Source: a virus
Length of the DNA stretch: 64,000 bases
Virus record (IMG/VR): IMGVR_UViG_3300027833_000022
Location: 1 to 64,000 of that record
Reading direction: 5' to 3' (one strand)
Part shown: piece by piece, positions 42,001-51,831 of the stretch
Layout: every line of letters begins with the position of its first letter
How positions within the stretch are numbered: the stretch's first letter is position 1
The notes under the pieces: generated by a model
What the model saw: only the letters and a program-made list of their open reading frames with translations
What the model was told of the DNA's origin: nothing
The model's database searches: none
Translations under genes and position numbers: made by a program

Positions 42001-42178
42001 CAATTGAAGTTTCTAGGAATACTTTAGTAACTGCGTCTTGGTTATCAACAGGATCAAGAAGATCAGTAATACGATTATTAGATACATTAATGTTATTCTC
42101 AATGCCGACCGTGTCTAACGTTAGGTCGTTCTCAGATGACGTTATTTTATTCTGAGTATGATTGGTATTTACTGCCAT
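39035..42178 (-). CDS. Large beta-rich structural protein with PKD-like domains
   Basis: YTINWGDG, YTWNWSDG, YRWDFGDG PKD signatures; Ser/Thr-rich. Confidence 0.75.
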   Translation of the reverse strand: MAVNTNHTQNKITSSENDLTLDTVGIENNINVSNNRITDLLDPVDNQDAVTKVFLETSIENIETYGDSQTSNLAEVIENIRVNTYVKSVDFSSNNVSGGAGLTATLSTTVVGNANRYTINWGDGVTTTATTDSTPSHVYDNWIGSPFDVNVTAFNESGVGEGSSASKLIENYIEIFTPDPVVTFAAYSQAVGGNQLTYWDDGDTVYFENTTSNTLGMGAVVQYTWNWSDGTPDDIINNETSAGGVNGSRLAHTFAISTESEVQRTVTLTLDSHTTAQQSILPLDDNSSYLLYDTHTPDTSSNIVTGINEESINGLSVIFTNNTESSIGNYSTFGTTYRWDFGDGTITTVNAGTNQSGDTGQTITHKYTLAGNNTAQDFTGNLQVINSHTSSPFTSTDFVIHVEPDVRATIAGSADTISNRSGDNQYDVYDGIDYTGVNRALVTVSNTSEHGDSHVYNWNDSSGNDTEVGLDSVNHDFTGVGAGNYQLDFTVSGTPDITTQTDSANLTFQVNAIPSAPSGLSSKTITLADPAQGHSPKLAHGFTDNSATNPLVAGASLQTSTARRYTNGTLDTSIASNSFNGLAGTVTAIVNGVADGDKTFTTALNENGTFSSLVISDQRDAHNTISTSTYPTGFFQTFDSKITKPFSEYTTGVNDQRIEHSTTGNTNYVTVVCDDHTSVPSNDVSNATLTENVAGSYRYISGIPYYNTGNPQLTLSGVTVNNWIGQAYKDTSNVFEISNGTNSESTYGATISTQYKTYSDLEDIVYLTNNIPAANTLNYQYADQTINITSSNIAAVETLKVRTYNVNGTGNYAHLVEKIQVHTSSPTGILEYAIPVASGLGNGVITDGAIRIADFLSDSTDTPTINSATDYSATPFIGAIDVSGTQEATVRWGKITHNTVDYGTGYLPLGPDRSADTGTQYFTFAFRRRVVANFDVIIAATGISGMWIASPGTQVDNSSGAGGWLDCSIQYAGVGLPGSDTAAGGNGSDGCALTGSDVIQTGTSINSSHTMTLGSENMSNATNNVVLVRVGLTSGQQITNIAIGEAS

Positions 42179-42257
42179 TTATGTACCCCTATTACATTGT
42201 TTCTATTAATCGTTGTATTATTGCTTTGTCTTATTCGACTATATTCTATGTTACTAT

Positions 42258-42794
42258 TTATACTGTTATAATTGCTCCATTTACAGAGGTCACAGCCCAA
42301 CCCGCAATTGTATAAACTATGGTAACAGATTCACCTATATTTGTCAAGTTAAATGATGTATATCCCAATGAGGTAGTTGGGGTTATAACTACAGTCCCAG
42401 TTGGTGTTCCTGTAACTGCAATTACCTTTATCTGTCCTTCTGTACCATTGCCCAATGCTAATGCTAAACTTGTTGTTGCATTAAGATATGATACACTTGA
42501 ATTGGCATTAATTGTGGTTGTCGCCACGGTAGGACTCACATCGATAATAACACCTGATCCTGTATTGCCCAATGTGACTATATCACCATTTGCAACAATA
42601 CTTCCGTCTACATATAAATGCCCACCAATATATCCACCACCAGTTACATTTAGTGCTGCATCTCCAAGAGTCGGAGTTGCTAAATTCACGTTTGAAATAT
42701 TGGTGATATTGAGTTTTGAACTGATTCCACTAATGGTATCTATCGTACCTAATATATGTAGTGAACCACTATCTGGGTTTATTACTGATGACAT
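42258..42794 (-). CDS. Small beta-rich structural protein
   Basis: Thr/Gly-rich, 'L.LGNGTEGQIKVI' motif; late motifs upstream (e.g. 42842-42849). Confidence 0.65.
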   Translation of the reverse strand: MSSVINPDSGSLHILGTIDTISGISSKLNITNISNVNLATPTLGDAALNVTGGGYIGGHLYVDGSIVANGDIVTLGNTGSGVIIDVSPTVATTTINANSSVSYLNATTSLALALGNGTEGQIKVIAVTGTPTGTVVITPTTSLGYTSFNLTNIGESVTIVYTIAGWAVTSVNGAIITV

Positions 42795-42859
42795 TATATT
42801 CTCCGTTTATGCACTATGTACATACTTATTTATGCTTTTAAGTATTTATCAAATTTCAC

Positions 42860-42888
42860 TTGACAAGTGATATACTTTACTGTAAAAT
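42860..42888 (+). promoter_or_regulatory. sigma70-type promoter with a palindrome over the -35 box
   Basis: TTGACA-N17-TAAAAT; TCACTTG-A-CAAGTGA at 42856-42870. Confidence 0.75.
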
Positions 42889-42918
42889 AGGTAAGTAAGT
42901 TAATTATTGAGATAATAT

Positions 42919-43590
42919 ATGAATATCAAACCAGATACTAATTTCAGTGCTGCTATAGAAGAAATCATAGATCGCTCAAATATCGAGTATTTAATTTTTC
43001 TTGAAAATAATGATGATGTCGATGATATAGAAGAATTATCAGATATATTAAATTCCAATAACATAGAAGAGTTATCTATTGAATTTATTGTAAATGACAA
43101 GCCTCGTGCGGACAAAGATGAATGGATTTCTGCAATGGCAGATTGGTCAATTCTAGATGGTAAAACAATAACTGTAATCTTGCATTCAAAAAATCTTGAG
43201 AATGTATGGGGACCTGATTCATTCAAAGAAATCGTAATGAAGATGCTTGCACATGAAACTATTCACTTCAATCAATATGATAAAATTAGTCCTCTCGTAA
43301 TAGAAACTCTACGATCTGGACATCAAAAAGGATTGATACTTAAAGAGAATGGGGGCAGTGATAGAGATTGGATGCGTAGTTACTTGCGTGACCCGCATGA
43401 AATAATGGCGTATGGTCACGATCTATCTGTTGAGATTAAAGAATCTAGTAACCCATCGATTGCTTTGCGTAATCCAGAAATGTTTATTGATGAATTACCA
43501 GTTTATGCCCGCTATCGTGCTATATTCCCTAAGGGAGCAAATCAAATAAAACAGTTACTTAAATATACAGCGAGTTACTATGCAAATTAA
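42919..43590 (+). CDS. Putative zincin-like metalloprotein (HExxH)
   Basis: LAHETIHFNQY plus downstream Y..DPHEIMAY third-ligand-like motif. Confidence 0.65.
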   Translation: MNIKPDTNFSAAIEEIIDRSNIEYLIFLENNDDVDDIEELSDILNSNNIEELSIEFIVNDKPRADKDEWISAMADWSILDGKTITVILHSKNLENVWGPDSFKEIVMKMLAHETIHFNQYDKISPLVIETLRSGHQKGLILKENGGSDRDWMRSYLRDPHEIMAYGHDLSVEIKESSNPSIALRNPEMFIDELPVYARYRAIFPKGANQIKQLLKYTASYYAN

Positions 43591-43888
43591 AAGGTTAGAT
43601 AGACGATCTAAATTATTTCATTTTGGATTTAATTATAAAATAGAAAATGATATATTTAACTCTAATGAAATGATACCAACATCACTAAAGAAGTTAGTAG
43701 GCAACGATAACAAAAAATATATATTTTTTGATTCTAGTGAAAGTTTAAAAAGTATGCGAAATTCTACATTTACTATGAAGCGACTATACAATGGTGATGT
43801 AGCATATCATTATGACTGTAACATCAAATGTGAAGTATATTATATTAAACATGAATCTACATTAGCATTACTAAAACTTAGTTTATAA
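43580..43888 (+). CDS. Hypothetical protein
   Basis: 102-aa ORF overlapping the upstream stop and ending at a terminator. Confidence 0.6.
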   Translation: MQIKRLDRRSKLFHFGFNYKIENDIFNSNEMIPTSLKKLVGNDNKKYIFFDSSESLKSMRNSTFTMKRLYNGDVAYHYDCNIKCEVYYIKHESTLALLKLSL

Positions 43889-43890
43889 AC

Positions 43891-43919
43891 AAAAAAAACA
43901 GCCCGTAGGCTGTTTTTTT
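43891..43919. terminator. Bidirectional terminator between convergent genes
   Basis: AAAAAAAACAGCC-CGTA-GGCTGTTTTTTT. Confidence 0.85.
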
Positions 43920-43941
43920 ATTTCTAATTTAAAATTAGGGT

Positions 43942-45105
43942 TTACTGGAAAGACAATGCCGTTGCATCAACGCCAATCTTAGCCAAGTAGTCTGCTGCAT
44001 TACCAAGAGATGAAGCCTGGTTATTCAACTCAACATAACCATAACGAGTCATGAATGACACAGTAGGTTCGAATGTTGATGGATCTAGTACAGTACCAGA
44101 AGACATTAGTGGAATATATGGGCAGTAGAATGCTGCTGCGTCCATTTCGCCGTCACCCTTATATCCTACTAGGATTGGAGTAGCGTCAGAAGCGTACTGA
44201 TCAACAAATACTTTCATAGTGTTGTTCAACATACCAACAAACTTAGTGTTAGTAGGTGCTTCAAAAGGACCTTCAGTTGTACGTGCAAACGCAGAAGTAG
44301 TAGCAGATTGTAATACAGTCAACATAGTTGGTGAAACTACAACGTAGTTACCAGCGCCACGACGAGTACGTGCTGCGATCAAGTTTGCTGCGCGATTAAT
44401 CAAAACTGCTAGTGCTGCGTGCTGATCACCTACGAAAGTTGCTACGCCAGAAACGTTGCCTTGATCGTATGTATCGGTTGCAGTACCAGAAAGAGCGCGT
44501 AAAGAAGTAAGAACTTCTTGGTCGATCTCTGCTGTGATTTCTTGTGCAAGTGCTTGCATGATTTCAGCTTCAACGTCAAGACCGTGCATTGAGTTAGCAT
44601 CTTGTGCTGCTTCAAAAGTCCAACGTGCTGACAACTTACGTGTCTTCGCTTCAACAGTCTGCTTCAATACTTGGATTGAAAGCTTACGACCCGCTGATGC
44701 TTCAAGAGCTGAAGTTGCTGCTGGTCCACCAGTAGCATCATCACCAGAATAGCCTTTAGCGATAGCGAATGGAGACAATGCTTCGTCGCCTGCTGTTACG
44801 CCAGTTGCTGCTTCAGAATAACGCACACGCAATGTGTGAATTTGTCCAACAGGACCAGTCATTGGCTGAACACCAACCAATTCGTTAGCGATTACGGTAG
44901 GCATTACACGACGGATGACAGGTAAAATTACCTTGTTCATAGTAGCGATGTTGCCAGCCATTGTAGAACCAGTTGCTGCTGATTCTGTTAAATAGTTCTT
45001 AGTGTTTTCAAGCACAGATTCCATTACAGATTTCTTGTTGCCTGTTAAACCGTCAGTTAGAGCGTCTTTAGTTACGTTCCAGTTTTCAAATAAATTTTGT
45101 GACAT
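43942..45105 (-). CDS. gp23: Major capsid protein (T4 gp23 family)
   Basis: LIRRxMP-like VIRRVMP..IA..LVGVQPMTGPVGQI, AKTRKL.A.WT.E.AQD, FYCPYIPL, F.P...FMTRYG motifs. Confidence 0.96.
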   Translation of the reverse strand: MSQNLFENWNVTKDALTDGLTGNKKSVMESVLENTKNYLTESAATGSTMAGNIATMNKVILPVIRRVMPTVIANELVGVQPMTGPVGQIHTLRVRYSEAATGVTAGDEALSPFAIAKGYSGDDATGGPAATSALEASAGRKLSIQVLKQTVEAKTRKLSARWTFEAAQDANSMHGLDVEAEIMQALAQEITAEIDQEVLTSLRALSGTATDTYDQGNVSGVATFVGDQHAALAVLINRAANLIAARTRRGAGNYVVVSPTMLTVLQSATTSAFARTTEGPFEAPTNTKFVGMLNNTMKVFVDQYASDATPILVGYKGDGEMDAAAFYCPYIPLMSSGTVLDPSTFEPTVSFMTRYGYVELNNQASSLGNAADYLAKIGVDATALSFQ

Positions 45106-45122
45106 TTTAGGTATACTCCTTT

Positions 45123-46232
45123 TTAGCTTATACCAGCTAATTTTTTAAGGTTAATGATATCTGCATTACTTTCAGTACTTTGATCGTGTGTGCTAGTTTT
45201 ATCACCTGTGATCTCGCTAGTGCGGGACTCGTTAAGTTTTTGCGTAGTGCGTTTTTCAGTAGATGTAACAGTTTCATTCAAAACTGTGCCAATATACTTG
45301 TCATATGCTACAGTAAGTTTGCTAGTAGCAACGCTTTCAAGTAGATTTGACATTAACTCACGCTTGTCCTTCGACAAGGGCTTTAATAGATCAGCCATTA
45401 CGTTATTACGTTCAGCGCGTTCATTAACTCGCTTTAGCTTTTTGTTTGCTGATTCAATTAATGTTTCTTTTTCAGAAATAGTAGATTCTGATTCTGCTAA
45501 AGCAGTTTTCATATCTAATAGTTCAAGGCTTAATTTAGAAACCTGTGTGCCTTCTGCTAAATGTGAACTCATAAATTCAGTTGCAAAAGTTTCAAAAATC
45601 TTGCGTCCAAACATGTTTTCTTTAGCTAGCATGATATCTTCTTTAAGTGTGCTTAACTCGTCAGTCACTGTTGATTCAACAATGTTCGCTAATTTTGCAC
45701 TTGCTTTAGAGATGAATTCACGCTTCGTCTCGGCAATCATTTTCTTGCCTTCTTGTACCAATTTAACTTTCTCTGTTAACAGATCCTGTTTATCTTGGTG
45801 GAAATCGTTAAGTTCAGTAGTTAGTTGCTCCATTACAAAGTCTTCTAACTTTTCAAAGTTTCCTTCTTGTAGTTTGCGATCATCGCGCAATTCTGTAATT
45901 TCTTTCTTTAAAGTTTCCATTACAAAAGTGTCCAGCATCTTAGCATGTTCCGCAACTTGACTTGTGTAAGTCACCTTTGCGTCTACTGCTGCTTTTTTGT
46001 CTGCTGCGAATTCACGTAATTCCGTTGTAATTGTATCTGACATCATTGCGTCTAAGGCTTCCACCATTTGCTGCTTGTCAGTTTCATAACGATTTGCGAA
46101 CTCTTCACGAAGTTCATTAGTCAATTCTTCACGTGCTTCAGTTAACTTAGTTTCCCAAGCTTCTGATAGTGTAGAACGAACTTCTTCTGAAAGAACTTCT
46201 GAACTTAGGAGTTGTTCAATTGCATTTGCCAT
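45123..46232 (-). CDS. gp22: Prohead scaffolding/core protein (gp22-like)
   Basis: Coiled-coil, Glu-rich, located between the protease and capsid genes. Confidence 0.8.
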   Translation of the reverse strand: MANAIEQLLSSEVLSEEVRSTLSEAWETKLTEAREELTNELREEFANRYETDKQQMVEALDAMMSDTITTELREFAADKKAAVDAKVTYTSQVAEHAKMLDTFVMETLKKEITELRDDRKLQEGNFEKLEDFVMEQLTTELNDFHQDKQDLLTEKVKLVQEGKKMIAETKREFISKASAKLANIVESTVTDELSTLKEDIMLAKENMFGRKIFETFATEFMSSHLAEGTQVSKLSLELLDMKTALAESESTISEKETLIESANKKLKRVNERAERNNVMADLLKPLSKDKRELMSNLLESVATSKLTVAYDKYIGTVLNETVTSTEKRTTQKLNESRTSEITGDKTSTHDQSTESNADIINLKKLAGIS

Positions 46233-46873
46233 TATTTTCTCCTAATATCTAGGTTATTGATCATATTAAGTACCTCTTCCTGGAGATACTTTTCGGCTTT
46301 TGTATCGTGATTTATAGCTTTCGCAACGTCCATAATAATGTCGCTACGTCTACCATTCATGATAGCCTCGTAGAGTGGGTCTGGATATGCATCTGGAGCA
46401 CTTGGATTTGCAACAATATCAACTGTTACAATTTCAAATTCCGACACATTACCATCTGCACCTACGTTACCACTACCGCGACTCGACACGCCTAATTTTA
46501 CGCCATTGTCCAACAAAGTTTTACATATGTTGCCCATTGGTGTTGGTAATAGTTTTAGCTTGCCATAACCATCATTACCGTTCATCCACATTTTTTCAAT
46601 TATGTGTGATACTCGGTCCAGATTCACTTGTAGATCATCTGGGTGGTCTGCTTCGCCCAACACTGAATAACCACCTTGGATTTTTTCTTGAACCGAATTA
46701 ACTGCTTTTCGAATTTCCGAAGATGGATATACGCGCTGATTTTGATTGCGTGCATCACCTTGAACAAATATACCTTCCATGTACAAATCTTTTCCACCTT
46801 TGCCGTTATCCACAGCTTCAGTAACAATGTTTGCTTGATCGAAAGTTAAATGTTCATTTAGTGTGTTGCGCAT
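46232..46873 (-). CDS. gp21: Prohead protease (gp21 family)
   Basis: GIFVQ....NQN.RVYP, LGE.DHP, GVSSRG.G, D.VA.PSAPDA motifs. Confidence 0.95.
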   Translation of the reverse strand: MRNTLNEHLTFDQANIVTEAVDNGKGGKDLYMEGIFVQGDARNQNQRVYPSSEIRKAVNSVQEKIQGGYSVLGEADHPDDLQVNLDRVSHIIEKMWMNGNDGYGKLKLLPTPMGNICKTLLDNGVKLGVSSRGSGNVGADGNVSEFEIVTVDIVANPSAPDAYPDPLYEAIMNGRRSDIIMDVAKAINHDTKAEKYLQEEVLNMINNLDIRRK

Positions 46874-46875
46874 TT

Positions 46876-47682
46876 TTATTGTTTCATACCGCGCTTCTCA
46901 GCACCATGACCGCGAGTTTCTGGCTTCAATGAAGCGCCTTCGCCAGGATGTGTTACACCCATGTCTTTTGCTGATTCGTCCGATAAGCCTTTCTTAGAGC
47001 CTTCAGATCCTTTTTCGCCAGTTGGAATTACTTTTCCACCCATGTCATTTTTGCCTGCAACTGGTGATGCTTTACCATCATCTCCTGCTGGCATTTCTGA
47101 AGGATGCATTCCATCTTTACCAATCTTTGTAAGATCAGCGGCTTCTTCTAATTCTTCATATTGCTCTTCAAATTCTTCTTCTGGCTCAATGTCAGATGCG
47201 AAATCATCGGCTGGAAGTTCATCAGATAACTCTTCTTTTTCATCGTCCATCTCATCGCCCATCAACTGTGCGAATTCTGCTTTAAGATCAGCAAGTGCAT
47301 CTTCAACGCTTAACATTGCGTCTTCGATTGCTGCTTCAGATTCTGGCTCCATATCCATGTCGCCTTCAGCGTCCATGTCCATTTCATCATCAGATGCTAA
47401 TTCAAATTCTGCTTCTGATTCTCCATCTTCGTCTTCCATTGCATACTCTTCTTCTGCTGCAATTTCTTCTTCGAATGCATCAACATCTTCGTCAAAATAA
47501 GATTCTTCAATCTCTTCTTCTTCTGAAATGTCATCTTCGACAATTTCATCCTGCTCCACAAGACCTGACCATATCTCGCGAGCTTTGTCTACAAAAGCTT
47601 CATGTAATAAATCAGATGCTTTATCACCTTCTCCATTTACTAGGCTCTCAATGATCTTTGAATAACGATCTTGTACGCTCAT
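46876..47682 (-). CDS. Highly acidic prohead core protein (gp67-like position)
   Basis: Extreme D/E content; lies between portal and protease. Confidence 0.6.
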   Translation of the reverse strand: MSVQDRYSKIIESLVNGEGDKASDLLHEAFVDKAREIWSGLVEQDEIVEDDISEEEEIEESYFDEDVDAFEEEIAAEEEYAMEDEDGESEAEFELASDDEMDMDAEGDMDMEPESEAAIEDAMLSVEDALADLKAEFAQLMGDEMDDEKEELSDELPADDFASDIEPEEEFEEQYEELEEAADLTKIGKDGMHPSEMPAGDDGKASPVAGKNDMGGKVIPTGEKGSEGSKKGLSDESAKDMGVTHPGEGASLKPETRGHGAEKRGMKQ

Positions 47683-47888
47683 TTTATATTCTCCGTTTAA
47701 TAAAATTTTATAAATCTATTTATTTAACTAATTCCACAGGCTACTAGGGAATTAATTTATTACAGTAGTATTTAATACTTTTTGTCTATAACTAGCCAAA
47801 TACACGTTTAAAATCGCGATTTTACAAATTTTTTACAAAAAAACAATTAATTACAGTATAATCTATTACTTTTATTTAGCAACATGTT

Positions 47889-48077
47889 TTACTCTGACGG
47901 CTTACCATACATTGCTGTATTAACCGATTGCTCATTTTCGTATTCTGCTTTAGCCAATTCACGCTTATTACGAATTTTATTTAAATGCTTCAAAGTCAAA
48001 CGTGGTCTACGAGTATCATCAATATCCCACTTGTCTTCATCATTTCGTTCATCAATCGCTAATTCATTAAATCTCAT
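47889..48077 (-). CDS. Small conserved-looking head-cluster protein
   Basis: MRFNEL...DTRRPRLTLKHLNKIR...MYG; GGAG SD; overlaps the portal stop. Confidence 0.65.
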   Translation of the reverse strand: MRFNELAIDERNDEDKWDIDDTRRPRLTLKHLNKIRNKRELAKAEYENEQSVNTAMYGKPSE

Positions 48078-49722
48078 CACCTATCTCTCCTGTGTCTGTA
48101 TCTGTGTCTGTGTCTGATGTTACATCATCGAAATCACCGTCATCAAAATCACCATCGCTAAATTCAGTTGCTTCAAATCCATCAATATCACCAGCACGCA
48201 ATCCTATAGAACCTAGATCACTACTTGGATCATTTTTTGAACTACCTTCGTTATTTTCTTTGCGCCATAAGATTTCGTTTTCTGTAATCTCTGATTCACT
48301 AAGACCAAGATATTTCTTCAAAAGGAACTGTCTGCTCAAATAATCAACGCCTTCTAGATTACCAAATACTGCTGCTCTTGACGAATCTAACTCAATCTCT
48401 CTATACTTACTGAAACTCTGTGGCTCTATAAATTTTAAATCAAATAAACTACTTGTAACATCTATTCCACGAAACTTCAAAAACATCTTAAATTCATTAT
48501 CTAATGCTGGTTGTAGAACTAACTGAATACGCTCACAGTACTTACTAAAACGATATTCTTGTATTAATGCAGTACCTAGACGACCATCGCTGTATTGCGC
48601 TGTACCATCTTCTGCGCCAGTTGGCATATATGAACTTGGTATACGCAGTCCTCTCAATAACTTATTATTGAAATATTTTAGATCATCTATCTCACCTAAA
48701 TTATCACCGCCTGGCAACACTTCTACCTTAGAACCACGCCCTTCTGCTGTTTGAGCAAAGAAATAATCTTCCATGATAGATAATGGATTGTATGCAGCAT
48801 CAACTACACTGCTACCGCCACCAGTTTTATTAGGAATCCTAGTCTGGTGAACTTCATTTTTAACTCGCTCAACAAATCCCATTGCCTTATGTGCTGGCAT
48901 ATTGCCAACATCGATATAGAACACTCTACGTTCTGGTGCACGCTGTACACGATAAATGATAATTGAATCTTCTAGTAATTCTTTTTGCTTATAAACTTTA
49001 AATACAGATTCAAGTATACTCTGACCAAAGGGCCAACTTGCAGTCATACCATCCGACATTGATATATGAATTACGTGAGAACCATCAACTGCGAATTCTT
49101 CATTAGGATTTCCAGCCATTTGATTGCTAGATAATCCAGAATTACTAGTTGCATTGGTAAATCCAGGTGCACTATGCATATCCATATTTTGTGTATTTCT
49201 TGTATCAGTTAATACCATATCATGTAAATTTAAATTGATATTACGCATTATGTACTGGTCAATTTCTTTACCAGTTGATTCATTTACAACAGCCTTTGTA
49301 ACATCTTCTGGTGCAACCCAGTATAATTTAAAAGTTTCAGGATCTCGTACAAAAAAATGATCTCCATATTTAATTGATGCACGTACAATATTAAATGCTC
49401 TGCGCTCAAAATCATTGATATTACACCATTGCTTCAATGCGGTAGATAACGCAGTCACTTCTGCATCAGTTGCATCTGATTTATAAAATATTTCAAATGG
49501 TAAGCGAGTTTCCGCGCTTGTCTGAGTACTAAATTCTGCGATAGTATCCAATGCACCATTAATTTCAGAATCTTGATCCATCTGATCATATTGCGTATAG
49601 CGTTCTGTACGATTAGGCATACCAGAATATACTTCTGGTAGCCAACTCTGCCATCTCGACTGTTTGGTCTGTTGACCAGTTTGATTCATGTCGTGCTTCT
49701 GAAAATGCTTCTTCCAACTCAT
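48067..49722 (-). CDS. gp20: Portal vertex protein (gp20 family)
   Basis: LLEDSIIIYRVQRAPERRVFYIDVGNMP..KA, EDYFF....GRGS.VE.LPGG.NLGEI.D..YF motifs. Confidence 0.96.
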   Translation of the reverse strand: MSWKKHFQKHDMNQTGQQTKQSRWQSWLPEVYSGMPNRTERYTQYDQMDQDSEINGALDTIAEFSTQTSAETRLPFEIFYKSDATDAEVTALSTALKQWCNINDFERRAFNIVRASIKYGDHFFVRDPETFKLYWVAPEDVTKAVVNESTGKEIDQYIMRNINLNLHDMVLTDTRNTQNMDMHSAPGFTNATSNSGLSSNQMAGNPNEEFAVDGSHVIHISMSDGMTASWPFGQSILESVFKVYKQKELLEDSIIIYRVQRAPERRVFYIDVGNMPAHKAMGFVERVKNEVHQTRIPNKTGGGSSVVDAAYNPLSIMEDYFFAQTAEGRGSKVEVLPGGDNLGEIDDLKYFNNKLLRGLRIPSSYMPTGAEDGTAQYSDGRLGTALIQEYRFSKYCERIQLVLQPALDNEFKMFLKFRGIDVTSSLFDLKFIEPQSFSKYREIELDSSRAAVFGNLEGVDYLSRQFLLKKYLGLSESEITENEILWRKENNEGSSKNDPSSDLGSIGLRAGDIDGFEATEFSDGDFDDGDFDDVTSDTDTDTDTGEIGDEI

Positions 49723-49770
49723 AGTAATTTACCTTTTAATTTCATTATGATAGTATTTATGCTTTTAATA

Positions 49771-51831
49771 TTACGTGATATTATTAACTGATCTTTGATA
49801 ATCAGTAGAGCGTTGTATGCTCTTCATTGCAGATTTCATCTGTTTCAACATCATTAAAGTTTGCTTTTTGGTGTTTACAATATCATCTAAATGTTGTGAT
49901 ATATTATTATCACCAGTATTGGTATTTCCTACCATCATTTTTGTTTTATTGGTATCTGTTATACTACCATGACTAGTTGGTGTGAATAATTCTGCACCTT
50001 TCTCTCCTACAAGATAGGGCTTATCTTTTGTAACGGGACCACCTAATTCTCTTTTGCCTTCAACATTAGGTTTCTCAACAGAGAGGAAAAAAGATGATGA
50101 AACATATGCCGCCAAAGCCGATAGTATTTTTTGGTTTAATGAAATATCATCATTATTAAACGGTGATGATGTAATATCTGCAACATTCACAACAGTTTCA
50201 ACCGCACCTTTGGCGCTACTCATTACATCTGTTATTGTTTCTGCTCCCGATTTTAATCCGTCTGCAAGTTTTTCTGCCATTTCAGATGCACTATCTAAAT
50301 TATAAACAAATGCATCTTGAATTGTCATAAATCCTGTTTTCATGTTGTTCATTGCTACTGTCATTTCACCCGAGGTGTCTGATTTCTCTTCTATTTCTTT
50401 AAGATATGCCGAATATTCAGACTTGCTCATGCCAATCATTTTTTTCATTTGCTTATCTACCATAACACCACCTGCTTTCAACTGTTGTACGATGTGCTGG
50501 ACTGAACCTACTACTACATTACTTGATCCTACTTCTGCATCACGCATTTTTGCCATTTCTTTAACGAGCATGTCTTTTGCTGCGTTTATGTCACCAGACC
50601 TAAACACTGCATTAACTCTATCAGTAAATCCATTATTTGCAGTATCAAGTGCTGTAGCCAAATCTGGTCCCAATGCAACTTTCATATCAAAATCCTGTGG
50701 TGTATCTGCCACTCTAAAGATATAATCATTAAATCTATCTGATATATCTTTTCCGACAGGTCCCATCGAATTTTCAAGTAATGCAAATTGTGATATGAAA
50801 GATCGTGCTATCTCTGCATGACCACCACCCGCTTCGTCCATTGTTGCCAATGCTGCTGCAACTTGTGGTTGTGACAATGCTGCCAATCGTTTCTGTAATA
50901 TTTCTGATCTATTCTCGCCTGTCAAACTTGCTAATGCAGTTGTTTCAATCATCAAATTATGAAATCCTGCTTCAACACCATCTTGAGTACTCAATAATGA
51001 CATGTCTTTATTTAATGTCATACGCTGTATGTTTACATAATCAGCTAACACTTCTGCCATTTCTGCTGATCGTAAACCATAGTCACCAAATTTATCACCT
51101 ATATTATTAACAGACTTAAACATTGATGTAAATGCAGTCGTACCGCTTGATACTCCATTGCCCAATGACTGTAATGCAACACCATTTTGACTAACTAATT
51201 TAGATAACTCAGTATACGATAGACCCGAAGATATTGCTGCTTGCTTCAATGTTTCATAAGGAGATGTATCATCAAACATAATTGCACCAGAATTTATCAT
51301 TGTCTCTTGTGCTTTTGCAAATTGTTCTAGTTGACCTGCTTGAAACGCAGCCCATGCTAATGTGCTTGCACCTGCTGCGCCAAACGCGATACCAGCAGTT
51401 TTCATCATTTTTCCTACTAATTTGTTGCTTTTTACATCATCAGTCAATCCCTTTGCACTACCAGAAATAGCAGAACCAAAGTCACCAATCATATCTATCA
51501 TAGCAGTAAGTGGTGCATCGGTATTACTAAATTTGTCAACCACATTTTTAGCGGATGCGGCTGCACCGACTATCTTTTCATTGAAAGCTTTCTTCTTTTC
51601 TTCTGATACTTCTTCATTACCCGAAGCATATTGCTTTGCAATATCTCGAATATCATTAGATAATTGTGATACATTTAAGGTACTTGATTTCATCCATTTT
51701 GATATTACGCTCGTCATAAGATTAGATGTGCCAGTTAATTCTGCTATCTTGCTGAGTGTTTCTTCACTAGCCCATTTAGGTATTTGAATTTGTATTCCTT
51801 CAACTTCGATAGTTTGAGTTTTATCCGCCAT
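49771..51831 (-). CDS. Tape-measure-like protein B (686 aa)
   Basis: Helical, Ala/Met-rich; C-terminal GGPV....PYLVGEKGAELFTP motif common in tape measure proteins. Confidence 0.65.
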   Translation of the reverse strand: MADKTQTIEVEGIQIQIPKWASEETLSKIAELTGTSNLMTSVISKWMKSSTLNVSQLSNDIRDIAKQYASGNEEVSEEKKKAFNEKIVGAAASAKNVVDKFSNTDAPLTAMIDMIGDFGSAISGSAKGLTDDVKSNKLVGKMMKTAGIAFGAAGASTLAWAAFQAGQLEQFAKAQETMINSGAIMFDDTSPYETLKQAAISSGLSYTELSKLVSQNGVALQSLGNGVSSGTTAFTSMFKSVNNIGDKFGDYGLRSAEMAEVLADYVNIQRMTLNKDMSLLSTQDGVEAGFHNLMIETTALASLTGENRSEILQKRLAALSQPQVAAALATMDEAGGGHAEIARSFISQFALLENSMGPVGKDISDRFNDYIFRVADTPQDFDMKVALGPDLATALDTANNGFTDRVNAVFRSGDINAAKDMLVKEMAKMRDAEVGSSNVVVGSVQHIVQQLKAGGVMVDKQMKKMIGMSKSEYSAYLKEIEEKSDTSGEMTVAMNNMKTGFMTIQDAFVYNLDSASEMAEKLADGLKSGAETITDVMSSAKGAVETVVNVADITSSPFNNDDISLNQKILSALAAYVSSSFFLSVEKPNVEGKRELGGPVTKDKPYLVGEKGAELFTPTSHGSITDTNKTKMMVGNTNTGDNNISQHLDDIVNTKKQTLMMLKQMKSAMKSIQRSTDYQRSVNNIT

